From Patescibacteria group bacterium (GTDB lineage Bacteria; Patescibacteriota; Patescibacteriia; UM-FILTER-42-10): a stretch of 64,000 nt of DNA. Within the stretch, counting starts at the first letter, position 1. The number at the start of each line of letters is the position of its first letter. Location: the NCBI GenBank assembly GCA_041664365.1, contig JBAYKW010000003.1, positions 28,696-92,695 of the forward strand. Direction: 5' to 3'. The notes below the pieces were generated by a model, which was not told the origin of the DNA, made no database searches, and saw only the letters and a program-made list of their open reading frames with translations. Of this stretch, positions 38,698-47,989 are shown piece after piece. Both the position numbers and the translations under genes were made by a program.

Positions 38698-38752
38698 GGT
38701 TTCCGCCAGAGGCGGACCAGCCTTGGGCTGGCAAATCCTGTCGGGCGCACCA
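38698..38752 (+). pseudogene. tRNA 3'-end fragment interrupted by a 30-bp twin hairpin
   Basis: GGTT[TCCGCCAGAGGCGGA CCAGCCTTGGGCTGG]CAAATCCTGTCGGGCGCACCA. Confidence 0.65.
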
Positions 38753-38802
38753 TTATAATCAATCGAATAAAATTGCAGTGTGATTCGGGGAATAAAGTTA
38801 AA

Positions 38803-38856
38803 GGTTCTGCGCCCGAGGCGCACCCGCCTCCGGCAGGGATTCCTCATGGTGGCACT
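38803..38856 (+). pseudogene. Second tRNA 3'-like fragment interrupted by a 30-bp twin hairpin
   Basis: GGTTC[TGCGCCCGAGGCGCA CCCGCCTCCGGCAGG]GATTCCTCATGGTGGCACT. Confidence 0.55.
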
Positions 38857-38897
38857 AATCTCTTCCGGTAAAAATCAAAATATTTGATATTCAGGAT

Positions 38898-38935
38898 AAC
38901 AAATAAACTACCCATTTCTGGGTAGTTTATTTGTT
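38898..38935. terminator. Bidirectional terminator
   Basis: Perfect 16-bp inverted repeat AACAAATAAACTACCC/GGGTAGTTTATTTGTT. Confidence 0.8.
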
Positions 38936-38945
38936 TTAGTATTGC

Positions 38946-40334
38946 TTATTTTAGGTGTTCTTTTTTGACCTGGTCCAGTAGTTGTTCTAATTTTTTACTA
39001 ATGTCCACGCGATATGGGTGTTGTTTATCGATGTCTAAAAGTTTTTCAGGTATAGTGCTAAGTTGTTTATTGAAATATTTTCTTATTTCATCAAGACTCG
39101 GTAATTTCTTTACTAATTTGCCTTTGGTTAGCACTTTTTTAAGTAATGGGGAGCCATAATTTTCATTTTCCAAACCAACAATATCATAAGCTATTTTATT
39201 ATTCTTATATTTTCGGAAAACCTGTTTTCTACCGGGATAACTTTGCTTGCCAGGAGTTAATTTCGCCGTGTAATGTATGTTTTTACCATCTCTAATTTCC
39301 GCAACTTTATATACAACTTCAAGACTGGGGGAGTCAGACATGGTGGCATATTCTGTGGCGATAACAAATGAATCAATCGGCGCTTTATCAGCTAATAATT
39401 TTTTCACTTTATATTCATCCAGATTAGTGGCTACCATGATTTTTACATTATGGAGACCATTTTTATCCAACATTTTTTTGGCAACAAATGATAGTTTGCC
39501 GAGATCGCCGGAATCTATGCCAATATAGTTCAGATTACCCCCTTTTTTCTGTAATTCTTTGGCAACAATTATTGCATTTTTTATCCCTTGCTTTATATCA
39601 TAAGTATCTACCATGAATGCCCCGTTATCAGGGAAATAATGAACCATTTTTCTAAAAGCGGTCAGCTCCTCTGTAAATGATTTAATAAAAAAATGCTGTC
39701 CTAATACAAGGTAATTTTCTTGCTGGGGAATTTTATACTTTCTAATAAATTCCGGCCAGGCATTAATATGCAGTCCACAAATATATCCACTGCGCAAACC
39801 TTTCATCCCTGATTCAAAGGATTGAGATCGCTGCATACCCAAAACAATATCTTTACTAATAGTACTAATTCTAGCCGCCTTGGACATAAACAAAACATTG
39901 GAAACGGTAATGCCAAAAATAACGGTTTCAATAACCGAGGCTTCAATTAAAGGCGCGGTTATCCTTATTATCGGTTCTCCGGGGAAGAAAATAGTTCCCT
40001 CTGGCATGGCAGAAACATCACCAGTAAAACGAAATTTTCTTAAGTAGTCGGCAAATTTTTTGGTAATTAAATTACCATCAATAAGTATTTGAATTTGTTC
40101 TTCTGAATAGCGTAAATTTGTCAGGTAATTTACTAATTCTTCTAAACCTCCGCAGACCATATAATTTCTGTTTTTTGGCATATCTCTGACAACTAAATCA
40201 AAGGTAGCAATTTGTTTATCTTTACCTTCTTCTAACCAAATAGCAGCTTGAGCATAAGTGGAAGATAGTTGTGTCAGAAATAAGCTGGAAAATTCAAAAA
40301 GATTATTCATAAGTATGTTTTTAATGGCTTTCAC
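38946..40334 (-). CDS. pncB: Divergent nicotinate phosphoribosyltransferase
   Basis: AMPEGTIFFPGEP, VDTYD, IDSGDL, LDEY, VYK and PGRKQVFR; several active-site motifs altered; start may be the ATG at 40310. Confidence 0.85.
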   Translation of the reverse strand: MKAIKNILMNNLFEFSSLFLTQLSSTYAQAAIWLEEGKDKQIATFDLVVRDMPKNRNYMVCGGLEELVNYLTNLRYSEEQIQILIDGNLITKKFADYLRKFRFTGDVSAMPEGTIFFPGEPIIRITAPLIEASVIETVIFGITVSNVLFMSKAARISTISKDIVLGMQRSQSFESGMKGLRSGYICGLHINAWPEFIRKYKIPQQENYLVLGQHFFIKSFTEELTAFRKMVHYFPDNGAFMVDTYDIKQGIKNAIIVAKELQKKGGNLNYIGIDSGDLGKLSFVAKKMLDKNGLHNVKIMVATNLDEYKVKKLLADKAPIDSFVIATEYATMSDSPSLEVVYKVAEIRDGKNIHYTAKLTPGKQSYPGRKQVFRKYKNNKIAYDIVGLENENYGSPLLKKVLTKGKLVKKLPSLDEIRKYFNKQLSTIPEKLLDIDKQHPYRVDISKKLEQLLDQVKKEHLK

Positions 40335-40490
40335 ATTACAATTATAGTACTTTTATTCAACTTTGTTAAGTTTATTATAATTTTTATTTAGCAAGTTACG
40401 TGGTAATGATAATATTTTTTTAAGATGATGATGTAATAGAAATAGTTGAGGAAAAAATTGTAATAACAAAAGTAAGCAAATAGAATATTA

Positions 40491-40519
40491 TTGACAAAAG
40501 ACAAAAAATCTGTTATCCT
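40491..40519 (+). promoter_or_regulatory. Sigma70 promoter (duplicated at 43147)
   Basis: TTGACA-17 nt-TATCCT with an extended TG. Confidence 0.7.
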
Positions 40520-40547
40520 GAGGTGGTAATATGATTATAAAAAAACT

Positions 40548-43097
40548 ATGCGTAATGATATCAACGCATTTAGATTAGGTAACATAATGACTAAAGTAGT
40601 TGTTATTTTTGTTTTTAGTGCCGCCGTTTTTTCGGCGATTTTTTATTTAGGGCAAAGCGGAAAGTTAGTGGAAAAAACAAAGGCAACTGACTCATATGCT
40701 GAGATTATCCAGCCCTATGCAGGGAGTCAGGTTATTGCACATACTGATGCCACAGAAGATTCAACCTATGAGTGGAAAGTGAATGAGGTATCCCAGCAGA
40801 GCGGAATAGTACCGACTAAATTCCTTGCGCATTTTAATGGTAGCCTCCAAACTGCAGCGGGTGAGAATCCAGCCACGAGTGAGTCGATTGCTTATGAGGA
40901 TGTAAAATTCGGCCAGGGGATGGTCGGTACGGCTGATTATCCGATGACCGGCAATTTTGATGTCACAAAGGGTACGCTGGATCTTTGGCTGACACTAAAA
41001 AAACCGCTGGACGATCCAGATTTTGACAGTAGTCCGTATTTTCTTTATTACCATAATTCCGGTACGAGTGATTCTTTCATGGTGAATGTCCATAGTTCAA
41101 ATGTTTTAAGCTTTACAATGTATGATTCTTCAGACGGTTGGGAGCTGGCTGTTCAGGTCAATACAAGCAACTACACAATTCCGGTGGGAGTGCCTTTTCA
41201 CTTTGTAGCAACATGGTCTGTCGCGGAAAAGACAGCAAAATTATACCTGAATGGTGAACAGGTATCACGCAGAGATTATGAGGCGGACGAGCGCTTTCCG
41301 GAAATCGTTGTCGGCGCGGAAAATGTTAGGATTGGAAACACAAACGTAGTGGTTGACGAAGTCAGGTTTTTGAATGATGTATTATCAACAGACCAGATAA
41401 AAGATTCTTATGTCCGTGGCATACCGTATTCAGAAAGTGATGTTTATTATAATGGTACTATCAGTCAGGGCGATACGGTTGAGCTTACTGTTACGGATGG
41501 CGGAATTCCGCTTTCAGACAGTGCAACTGTCGCTGGACAAAAAATTACTGTAACCAGCCCGGTCGGTTATTTTGTACCGAATACTGATAGCTTAACAGTT
41601 AGTTTTAATACCGCTACCGCGATGACCTGCCGTTACGGCACAGTGCCGGATGCGTATGATAATCTGCCGTTGATTGCGGAAGGTGCGGAAACGTTACATA
41701 CGATTACATACGCGGTGGACAGTATAATTGAACAATTCCCAGTGGCGATCAAATGCCAGGGAACAAGTGATGATGCTGATGATTATGGATTCTTCCGCCG
41801 TTACCGTGTATTGCCTGAGCCGAAACTGACCTATCCTAAAATCTCAAAACTTTGGTGGGGTAATGCAGTGTTGGATTCAGAAATTCCATATCTTGCTAAA
41901 TTTGATTTTGTTAATACGTCAAAAAGTAATGTTACAAAACCTGGAATGATTAAACAACTCAAAACGTTAAACCCGGACATAGTTACACTTGTCTATCAGG
42001 ATATGATTGGCGTCCAGGATTATCCCGGCGTGGCATATCAGTCTGAATTGGACCGCGTGTCGGAGTCTTGGCGTCTTCAAAGTTCTGAAGTCCCGGGTGA
42101 TTATTGCCGAAACCTTTATTTTCCCGATAATGATCCTTACAACCTGTATGTAAATGCTCCTTTTAATGAACAGAGCGCAAATCATACGGAGAAGGATCTG
42201 ATAGATCGCCTTTCCTATTTTGATGGTATTTGGTGGGATGTGGTCGGACCGGATTTTTGGTTTTTGTATGATTTTACCGGAACCCCGCCCAGCTTTATTG
42301 AAAATTGTGATTTTGATAATGATGGAATTGATGAAGATTTAAACGTGACTGAAGATCGTGTTAAAGCATTACAAATCTGGGCTGACGGTATTCATGATAT
42401 AATGTTGCGTTCACGCCAAAAATTGGGGCAAGATGTTCTGATGGCCGGCAATGGTGATGCATCTGTGCATTCCGACTTCAACGGAAAAAATGTTGAACAT
42501 TTTTTCTCCCCCAGCAGATTTTCATATTACTTTGATCCGAATAACCTGCAGGGTTTTCTCTATTGGCAAGCACATTCAAAAGAGCCGAGAATGAATGAGA
42601 ATTTGTATGAGATTCTCTATCCATATGGAACTTCGACATTTTATAAATATATGCGATACGGCTTAACCGCAAGCCTTCTGGCCGGTGTTTATTTTGATCC
42701 TAACTTGGGATCTGACAATGAGAACAATTCATGGTGGTTTGATGAATACTGGATCGATATCGCAACAGGCAGGCCGACTGACATTCTTGAAACTGGTAGC
42801 GGATATCTCGGTGAACCGCTAGGGGACTTTTATATAGTACAATCAAATGTGTACCGTCGTGACTTTGAAAACGGGATAGTCCTGCTTAATAATACTTCCG
42901 GATCATCTACCGTTAACCTCGGTGGAACATACCGGTATCTGGATGCGACGAACGGCGGACAGGACCCAGTCGCTAATCCGGGCGGTGAAACAGATTCAGT
43001 TACCATGAGTTGGTACGATGGGAGAATATTACTTAATCCTTTACCGCCGCAAGACAGTACACCACCGGGAACAATTAACGATTTGAATGCTACTTAA
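40548..43097 (+). CDS. Membrane-anchored LamG plus putative glycoside-hydrolase-like protein (copy 1)
   Basis: N-terminal TM; LamG (HFVATW...KLYLNG, VDEVRF); FDGIWWD, GNG and VYRRDFENGIVLLN typical of putative GH TIM-barrel proteins. Confidence 0.75.
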   Translation: MRNDINAFRLGNIMTKVVVIFVFSAAVFSAIFYLGQSGKLVEKTKATDSYAEIIQPYAGSQVIAHTDATEDSTYEWKVNEVSQQSGIVPTKFLAHFNGSLQTAAGENPATSESIAYEDVKFGQGMVGTADYPMTGNFDVTKGTLDLWLTLKKPLDDPDFDSSPYFLYYHNSGTSDSFMVNVHSSNVLSFTMYDSSDGWELAVQVNTSNYTIPVGVPFHFVATWSVAEKTAKLYLNGEQVSRRDYEADERFPEIVVGAENVRIGNTNVVVDEVRFLNDVLSTDQIKDSYVRGIPYSESDVYYNGTISQGDTVELTVTDGGIPLSDSATVAGQKITVTSPVGYFVPNTDSLTVSFNTATAMTCRYGTVPDAYDNLPLIAEGAETLHTITYAVDSIIEQFPVAIKCQGTSDDADDYGFFRRYRVLPEPKLTYPKISKLWWGNAVLDSEIPYLAKFDFVNTSKSNVTKPGMIKQLKTLNPDIVTLVYQDMIGVQDYPGVAYQSELDRVSESWRLQSSEVPGDYCRNLYFPDNDPYNLYVNAPFNEQSANHTEKDLIDRLSYFDGIWWDVVGPDFWFLYDFTGTPPSFIENCDFDNDGIDEDLNVTEDRVKALQIWADGIHDIMLRSRQKLGQDVLMAGNGDASVHSDFNGKNVEHFFSPSRFSYYFDPNNLQGFLYWQAHSKEPRMNENLYEILYPYGTSTFYKYMRYGLTASLLAGVYFDPNLGSDNENNSWWFDEYWIDIATGRPTDILETGSGYLGEPLGDFYIVQSNVYRRDFENGIVLLNNTSGSSTVNLGGTYRYLDATNGGQDPVANPGGETDSVTMSWYDGRILLNPLPPQDSTPPGTINDLNAT

Positions 43098-43146
43098 AGA
43101 ATTGCATGTGAAAAGGTTAAGACCATTTAATGGTAAGTAACGCTTA

Positions 43147-43175
43147 TTGACAAAAACCATATTTTCTGTTATCAT
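43147..43175 (+). promoter_or_regulatory. Sigma70 promoter (copy 2)
   Basis: TTGACA-17 nt-TATCAT. Confidence 0.7.
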
Positions 43176-43203
43176 GAAGTGGTAACATGAGTATAAAAAA
43201 ACT

Positions 43204-45753
43204 ATGCGTAATGATATCAGCGCATTTAGATTAGGCAACATAATGACTAAAGTAGTTGTTATTTTTGTTTTTACTGCCGCCGTGTTGTCGGCGGTTTTTT
43301 ATTTAGGTAGGAGCGGTAATTTAATAGAAAAAACAAGAGCAACAGATTCATATGCTGAAATAGTACAGCCATATGTAGGAAGTCAGGTTATTGCACATAC
43401 TGATGCTATGGAAGGGTCTAATTATGAATGGACAATAAACGCTGAACCGGTCCAAAGCGGAACAGTCCCAACAACATTTCTTTCGCATTTTGACGGTGAT
43501 TTACGAACGATAACAGGCGAGGAGCCGATAACCAGCAGTTCTGTTACATATGAATCAGTGAAATTCGGCCAGGGTATGGTAGGAACAGCAGATTATCCGA
43601 TGACCGGCAATCTTGACGTTACAAAGGGTACACTTGATCTTTGGCTGACACTAAAAAAACCGCTGGACGATCCGGAGTTTGATAGTAGTCCGTATATTCT
43701 TTATTATCACAATTCCAGTACAGGTGATTCTTTTATAGTGAATGTGCATAATACCGATGTAATAAGTTTTACCATGTATGATTTTTCTGACGGATGGGAA
43801 TTGGCTGTTCAGGCCAGCACGAGCAACTATACAATCCCAGTAGGAGTACCTTTTCACTTTGTAGCAACATGGTCTGTCACGGATAAAGTGGCAAAAGTTT
43901 ATTTGAATGGTGAACAGGTATCACGCAGAGATTATGAAGCGGACCAGCACTTTCCGGAAATCGTTGTCGGCGCGGAAAATGTTATGATTGGAAATACAAA
44001 TGTTGTAATGGATGAGATCAGGGTTTCAAATGATGTATTATCAACAGATCAGATAAAAGATTCTTATGTCCGTGGCATGCCGTATTCAGAAAGTGATATC
44101 TATTACAACGGGATTGTTAGTGAAGGTGATACTGTAGAATTGAGCGTTACTAACGGTGGTATTCCTCAGACGGACAGTGCAACTGTCGCCGGACAAAAAA
44201 TTACTGTAACCAGCCCGGCGGGATATTTCATACTAAATACAGACACATTTACTGTCAGCTTTAATACACCTACCGTCATGACTTGTCATTATGGAGCTGT
44301 GCCGGACTCATACGCTAACCTACCGCAGGTTACAGAAGGGACGGGGACTTCACATACAATTACATATAATGTAGATACTATTGTCGAACAATTTCCGGTT
44401 GCTATCAAATGTCACGGGGTGGGCGACGAAGCTGATGATTACGCGTTCTTCCGGCGCTACCGTGTATTGCCTGAGCCGAAACTGACCTATCCTAAACTTT
44501 CAAAGATTTGGTGGGGTAATACAGTATTAGATTCAGAAGTCCCATACCTTGCTAAATTTGATTTTGTTAATACATCAAAGAGTAATATTACAAAACCCGG
44601 ACCGATTAAACAACTCAAAACATTAAATCCGAACCAAGTTGTCCTTGTTTATCAGGATATGATAGGCGTTCAGAATTATGGAGGTGTAGCATATCATTCT
44701 GAATCGGATCGCGTTTTGGAGTCTTGGCGTCTTCAAAGTTCTGAGGTTCCGGGTGATTTTTGCCGAAACCTTTATTATGCGGGTAATGATCTTTATAATC
44801 TTAATGTTAATGTTCCTTTTGGTGAGCAGAGTGCAGATCATACGGAGAAGGATTTAATTGATCGCCTTTCCTATTTTGATGGTATTTGGTGGGATGTGGT
44901 CGGACCGGATTTTTGGTTTTTGTATGATTATAACGGAAACCCGGCAAGTTATGTTGAAAATTGTGATTTTGATAACGACGGCATAGATGAAGATTTAAAC
45001 ATCACAGCAGATCGGCTGAAAGCACAGCAGATTTGGGCGAACGGTATTCATGATATAATGTTGCGTTCACGCCAGAAATTGGGACAGGAAGTATTGATGG
45101 TAGGCAACGGTAATGCATCTGTGCATTCCGACTTCAACGGAAAACATCTCGAACATTTTTTCACCCCCAGCACATTTTTACAATATTTTGATCCGAATAA
45201 CGTGCAGGGGTTTCTCTATTGGCAGAATAATTCAAAAGAGCCGAGAATGAATGATAATTTGTATAAAATTAGCGGTTCGTATGGTACTCAGTCATTCTAT
45301 AAGTCTATGCGATATGGCTTGACCGCAAGTCTCTTAGCCGGTGTTTATTTTGATCCAAACTCGGGAGCTGAAAATGTGAACAATACATGGTGGTTTGATG
45401 AATACTGGATCGATACGGAAACGGCTAGACCGACTGACATTCTTGAAACTGGTAGCGGATATCTCGGTGAACCGCAAGGGGACTATTATATGGTACAATC
45501 AAATGTGTACCGCCGTGACTTTGAAAACGGGATAGTCCTGCTTAATAATACTTCCGGATCATCTACCATTAACCTCGGCGGAACATACCGGTATCTGGAT
45601 GCGACGAACGGCGGACAAGACCCAGTCGCTAATCTGGGCGGTGAAACAGATTCAGTTACCATGAGTTGGTACGATGGGAGAATATTACTTAATCCTTTAC
45701 CGCCGCAAGACAGTACACCACCGGGGACAATTAACGATTTATATACTGAATAG
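43204..45753 (+). CDS. Membrane-anchored LamG plus putative glycoside-hydrolase-like protein (copy 2)
   Basis: Same length (849 aa), colinear and highly similar to 40548. Confidence 0.75.
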   Translation: MRNDISAFRLGNIMTKVVVIFVFTAAVLSAVFYLGRSGNLIEKTRATDSYAEIVQPYVGSQVIAHTDAMEGSNYEWTINAEPVQSGTVPTTFLSHFDGDLRTITGEEPITSSSVTYESVKFGQGMVGTADYPMTGNLDVTKGTLDLWLTLKKPLDDPEFDSSPYILYYHNSSTGDSFIVNVHNTDVISFTMYDFSDGWELAVQASTSNYTIPVGVPFHFVATWSVTDKVAKVYLNGEQVSRRDYEADQHFPEIVVGAENVMIGNTNVVMDEIRVSNDVLSTDQIKDSYVRGMPYSESDIYYNGIVSEGDTVELSVTNGGIPQTDSATVAGQKITVTSPAGYFILNTDTFTVSFNTPTVMTCHYGAVPDSYANLPQVTEGTGTSHTITYNVDTIVEQFPVAIKCHGVGDEADDYAFFRRYRVLPEPKLTYPKLSKIWWGNTVLDSEVPYLAKFDFVNTSKSNITKPGPIKQLKTLNPNQVVLVYQDMIGVQNYGGVAYHSESDRVLESWRLQSSEVPGDFCRNLYYAGNDLYNLNVNVPFGEQSADHTEKDLIDRLSYFDGIWWDVVGPDFWFLYDYNGNPASYVENCDFDNDGIDEDLNITADRLKAQQIWANGIHDIMLRSRQKLGQEVLMVGNGNASVHSDFNGKHLEHFFTPSTFLQYFDPNNVQGFLYWQNNSKEPRMNDNLYKISGSYGTQSFYKSMRYGLTASLLAGVYFDPNSGAENVNNTWWFDEYWIDTETARPTDILETGSGYLGEPQGDYYMVQSNVYRRDFENGIVLLNNTSGSSTINLGGTYRYLDATNGGQDPVANLGGETDSVTMSWYDGRILLNPLPPQDSTPPGTINDLYTE

Positions 45754-47409
45754 ATGCATATGAATACAGTTTTAATGATTAAGAATAAGCCAAGAGTTCT
45801 GGTCAGAATTAATATTTATATTGCTGTTATAGCATTAGTATCAGCATTTATCGGTTTTGCGTATAGTATGTTGTATCCATACGGGAACCAGTCATATTTG
45901 CCAGAGGTCCAGGCGGGGTTTAGCGCTACATCAGCAAATTCAGTAACCATTAACTGGACTGCTCCGGGGGATGATAGTTTTTCCGGCACGGCAGTTGGCT
46001 ACGATATCCGTTATAGCACCCAGTCTATTAACGATTCTAACTGGACTGCTGCTTCGGTTGTTTCTGATGTTCCCGCGCCTTTAACTGCCGGTAGCGCGGA
46101 ATCATTTGTTGTAATGGGTCTGGCGCCAAATACAACGTACTATTTTGCAATTAAAACTGTCGATAATGAAGGTCTGTGGTCGGCGCTTTCAAATATTGCA
46201 TCGCACACAACAGACTGCGTGGAATCATGGACATGTTCTGTCTGGTCAGAATGCGTAAATGGAACTCAGTCCAGAACTTGCAGTGATTTAAACAACTGCG
46301 GAACACAGGAGGAAATTCCATATCTGACGAACTTGTGTACAGTTGAAATTCCACCGACAGAACCACCAACTGTTCCACCAACTGTGCCACCGGTGGATGA
46401 ACCTACTACACCGCCCAGTGGTGGTGACGAGCCTCAAATCCAGGAAAGCTATATCGTTGCTGCACCGAATCTGGGTGGAGGGCCGCAGGTAAGAATTTTT
46501 TCAAAAACCGGAAAATTATTGTCACAATTCTATGCCTATTCAACATCATTCCGCGGTGGAGTTAATGTTGCTGTAGACGATCTTGATAATGACGGAATTG
46601 ACGAAATTGTAGTCGGACCGGGGCCCGGGTATGAACCTAAAGTAAGAGTCTTTACCTGGAAGGGCAGGTTGCTTTATGAGTTTACCGCATACCAAGCGGG
46701 ATATCGCAATGGTGTGAAGGTTGCGATCGGAGATGTCGATGATAAAGGCGGAAAGGAAATAATTGTTTCTCCTGCATCCGGTGGCGGTCCGAACATAAGG
46801 ATATTCGGCAAACGTAACGGTACCTATAGTCCTACAATTGAGAATTTTTTCGCATACAATCAATGGTTGCGCGGGAGCTGGAATGTGGCGAGCGGTGATT
46901 TAGATAGGGATGGTCATTCCGATATCATTACGGCGCCGGGTAAATTAACCGGTGGTCCGCATGTCCGTATATTCCATTATGAAGGTAATAAAATCTGGCC
47001 GCATATTTTAGGATTCATGGCATATCCAACGAATTTCAGGGGAGGAGTAAATATAGCTGCCGGAGATCTAGTCGGAAACAGTGGAGATGAAATAATAACA
47101 GCGCCGGTTGCTGTCGGCGGACCATTTGTCAGAATATTTCGTCGTTTACCTGACGGTTCTATAGCTTTATACCGAAACGGATTCTTTGCCTATCATCCGG
47201 AATTCCGGGGAGGGGTGAGTTTGGCTACCGGAGATTTTAATTATGATGGTAAAGATGAGATCGTAACTGCCGTACAGTCCGGTGATCGGGCGGTGGTAAA
47301 GATTTGGAAAGGAATGGGCGAATATCCTCTTTACGAAGTTGTGGTTTTTCCAAACGAGATGCAAGCTGGTGTTAATATTGCTGTCGGCAAATTCTTTCTG
47401 CCACAGTAA
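45754..47409 (+). CDS. Anchored Fn3 + Cys module + Pro/Thr linker + FG-GAP beta-propeller protein
   Basis: TM helix; WTAPGDD...YDIRYS...YYFAIK; CVESWTCSVWSEC; repeats GGPxVRIF...F.AY...FRGGVN.A.GD. Confidence 0.85.
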   Translation: MHMNTVLMIKNKPRVLVRINIYIAVIALVSAFIGFAYSMLYPYGNQSYLPEVQAGFSATSANSVTINWTAPGDDSFSGTAVGYDIRYSTQSINDSNWTAASVVSDVPAPLTAGSAESFVVMGLAPNTTYYFAIKTVDNEGLWSALSNIASHTTDCVESWTCSVWSECVNGTQSRTCSDLNNCGTQEEIPYLTNLCTVEIPPTEPPTVPPTVPPVDEPTTPPSGGDEPQIQESYIVAAPNLGGGPQVRIFSKTGKLLSQFYAYSTSFRGGVNVAVDDLDNDGIDEIVVGPGPGYEPKVRVFTWKGRLLYEFTAYQAGYRNGVKVAIGDVDDKGGKEIIVSPASGGGPNIRIFGKRNGTYSPTIENFFAYNQWLRGSWNVASGDLDRDGHSDIITAPGKLTGGPHVRIFHYEGNKIWPHILGFMAYPTNFRGGVNIAAGDLVGNSGDEIITAPVAVGGPFVRIFRRLPDGSIALYRNGFFAYHPEFRGGVSLATGDFNYDGKDEIVTAVQSGDRAVVKIWKGMGEYPLYEVVVFPNEMQAGVNIAVGKFFLPQ

Positions 47410-47420
47410 AACAAAACAAT

Positions 47421-47909
47421 ATGAAAAATAATAAAGGATTTACTCTGTTAGAGTTGTTGGTTGTCGTGGCAATCATCGGTCTTATTTCTTCCATTGCTTT
47501 CGTAGCAATGCAAAACGCCCGCGCAGAGGCGCGCGATGCAAAAAGATTGGCTGATGTTCATGCAATAAGGAATGCACTGGAGCTTTATTATCACGATAAT
47601 GGATCTTATCCTGATCCATGGTGTATTGGTTTGACATCTGTCGCAGGCTGTAATTCATTTGTTGAGCCAAATAGCTGGATACCATCATTGATACCAAAGT
47701 ATATGCAGACACTACCTAATGATCCGTTGAACACAACAAATGATGAAACTAATGAACATTATTTATATTTTTATACACGATGGGCAGTAGATGAAAATGC
47801 ACCTCAACAATACTACCTCATATACAGAAGAGAAACGAAAGGTCAGGTAAGAGAATGCCCTGTTTTATGGGGTGGTAATTGGTCTTCGTTATGTGGAGGA
47901 ATAATTTAA
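47421..47909 (+). CDS. Type IV pilin / GspG-like prepilin
   Basis: KG|FTLLELLVVVAIIG, ARDAKRLAD, ALELYY..NGSYP and LPNDP. Confidence 0.92.
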   Translation: MKNNKGFTLLELLVVVAIIGLISSIAFVAMQNARAEARDAKRLADVHAIRNALELYYHDNGSYPDPWCIGLTSVAGCNSFVEPNSWIPSLIPKYMQTLPNDPLNTTNDETNEHYLYFYTRWAVDENAPQQYYLIYRRETKGQVRECPVLWGGNWSSLCGGII

Positions 47910-47989
47910 ATTTAGTAAACTAAGCATTTTTTCTAATTGCCTACAAATGGTATAATATAACAGCAATATAGGCTGTTTTTATTTATTAA

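Noticed and set aside
38581-38940. Intact prophage or integrative element at tRNA-Arg
   Set aside because: No integrase or phage genes nearby; only short 3'-end remnants within 200 bp
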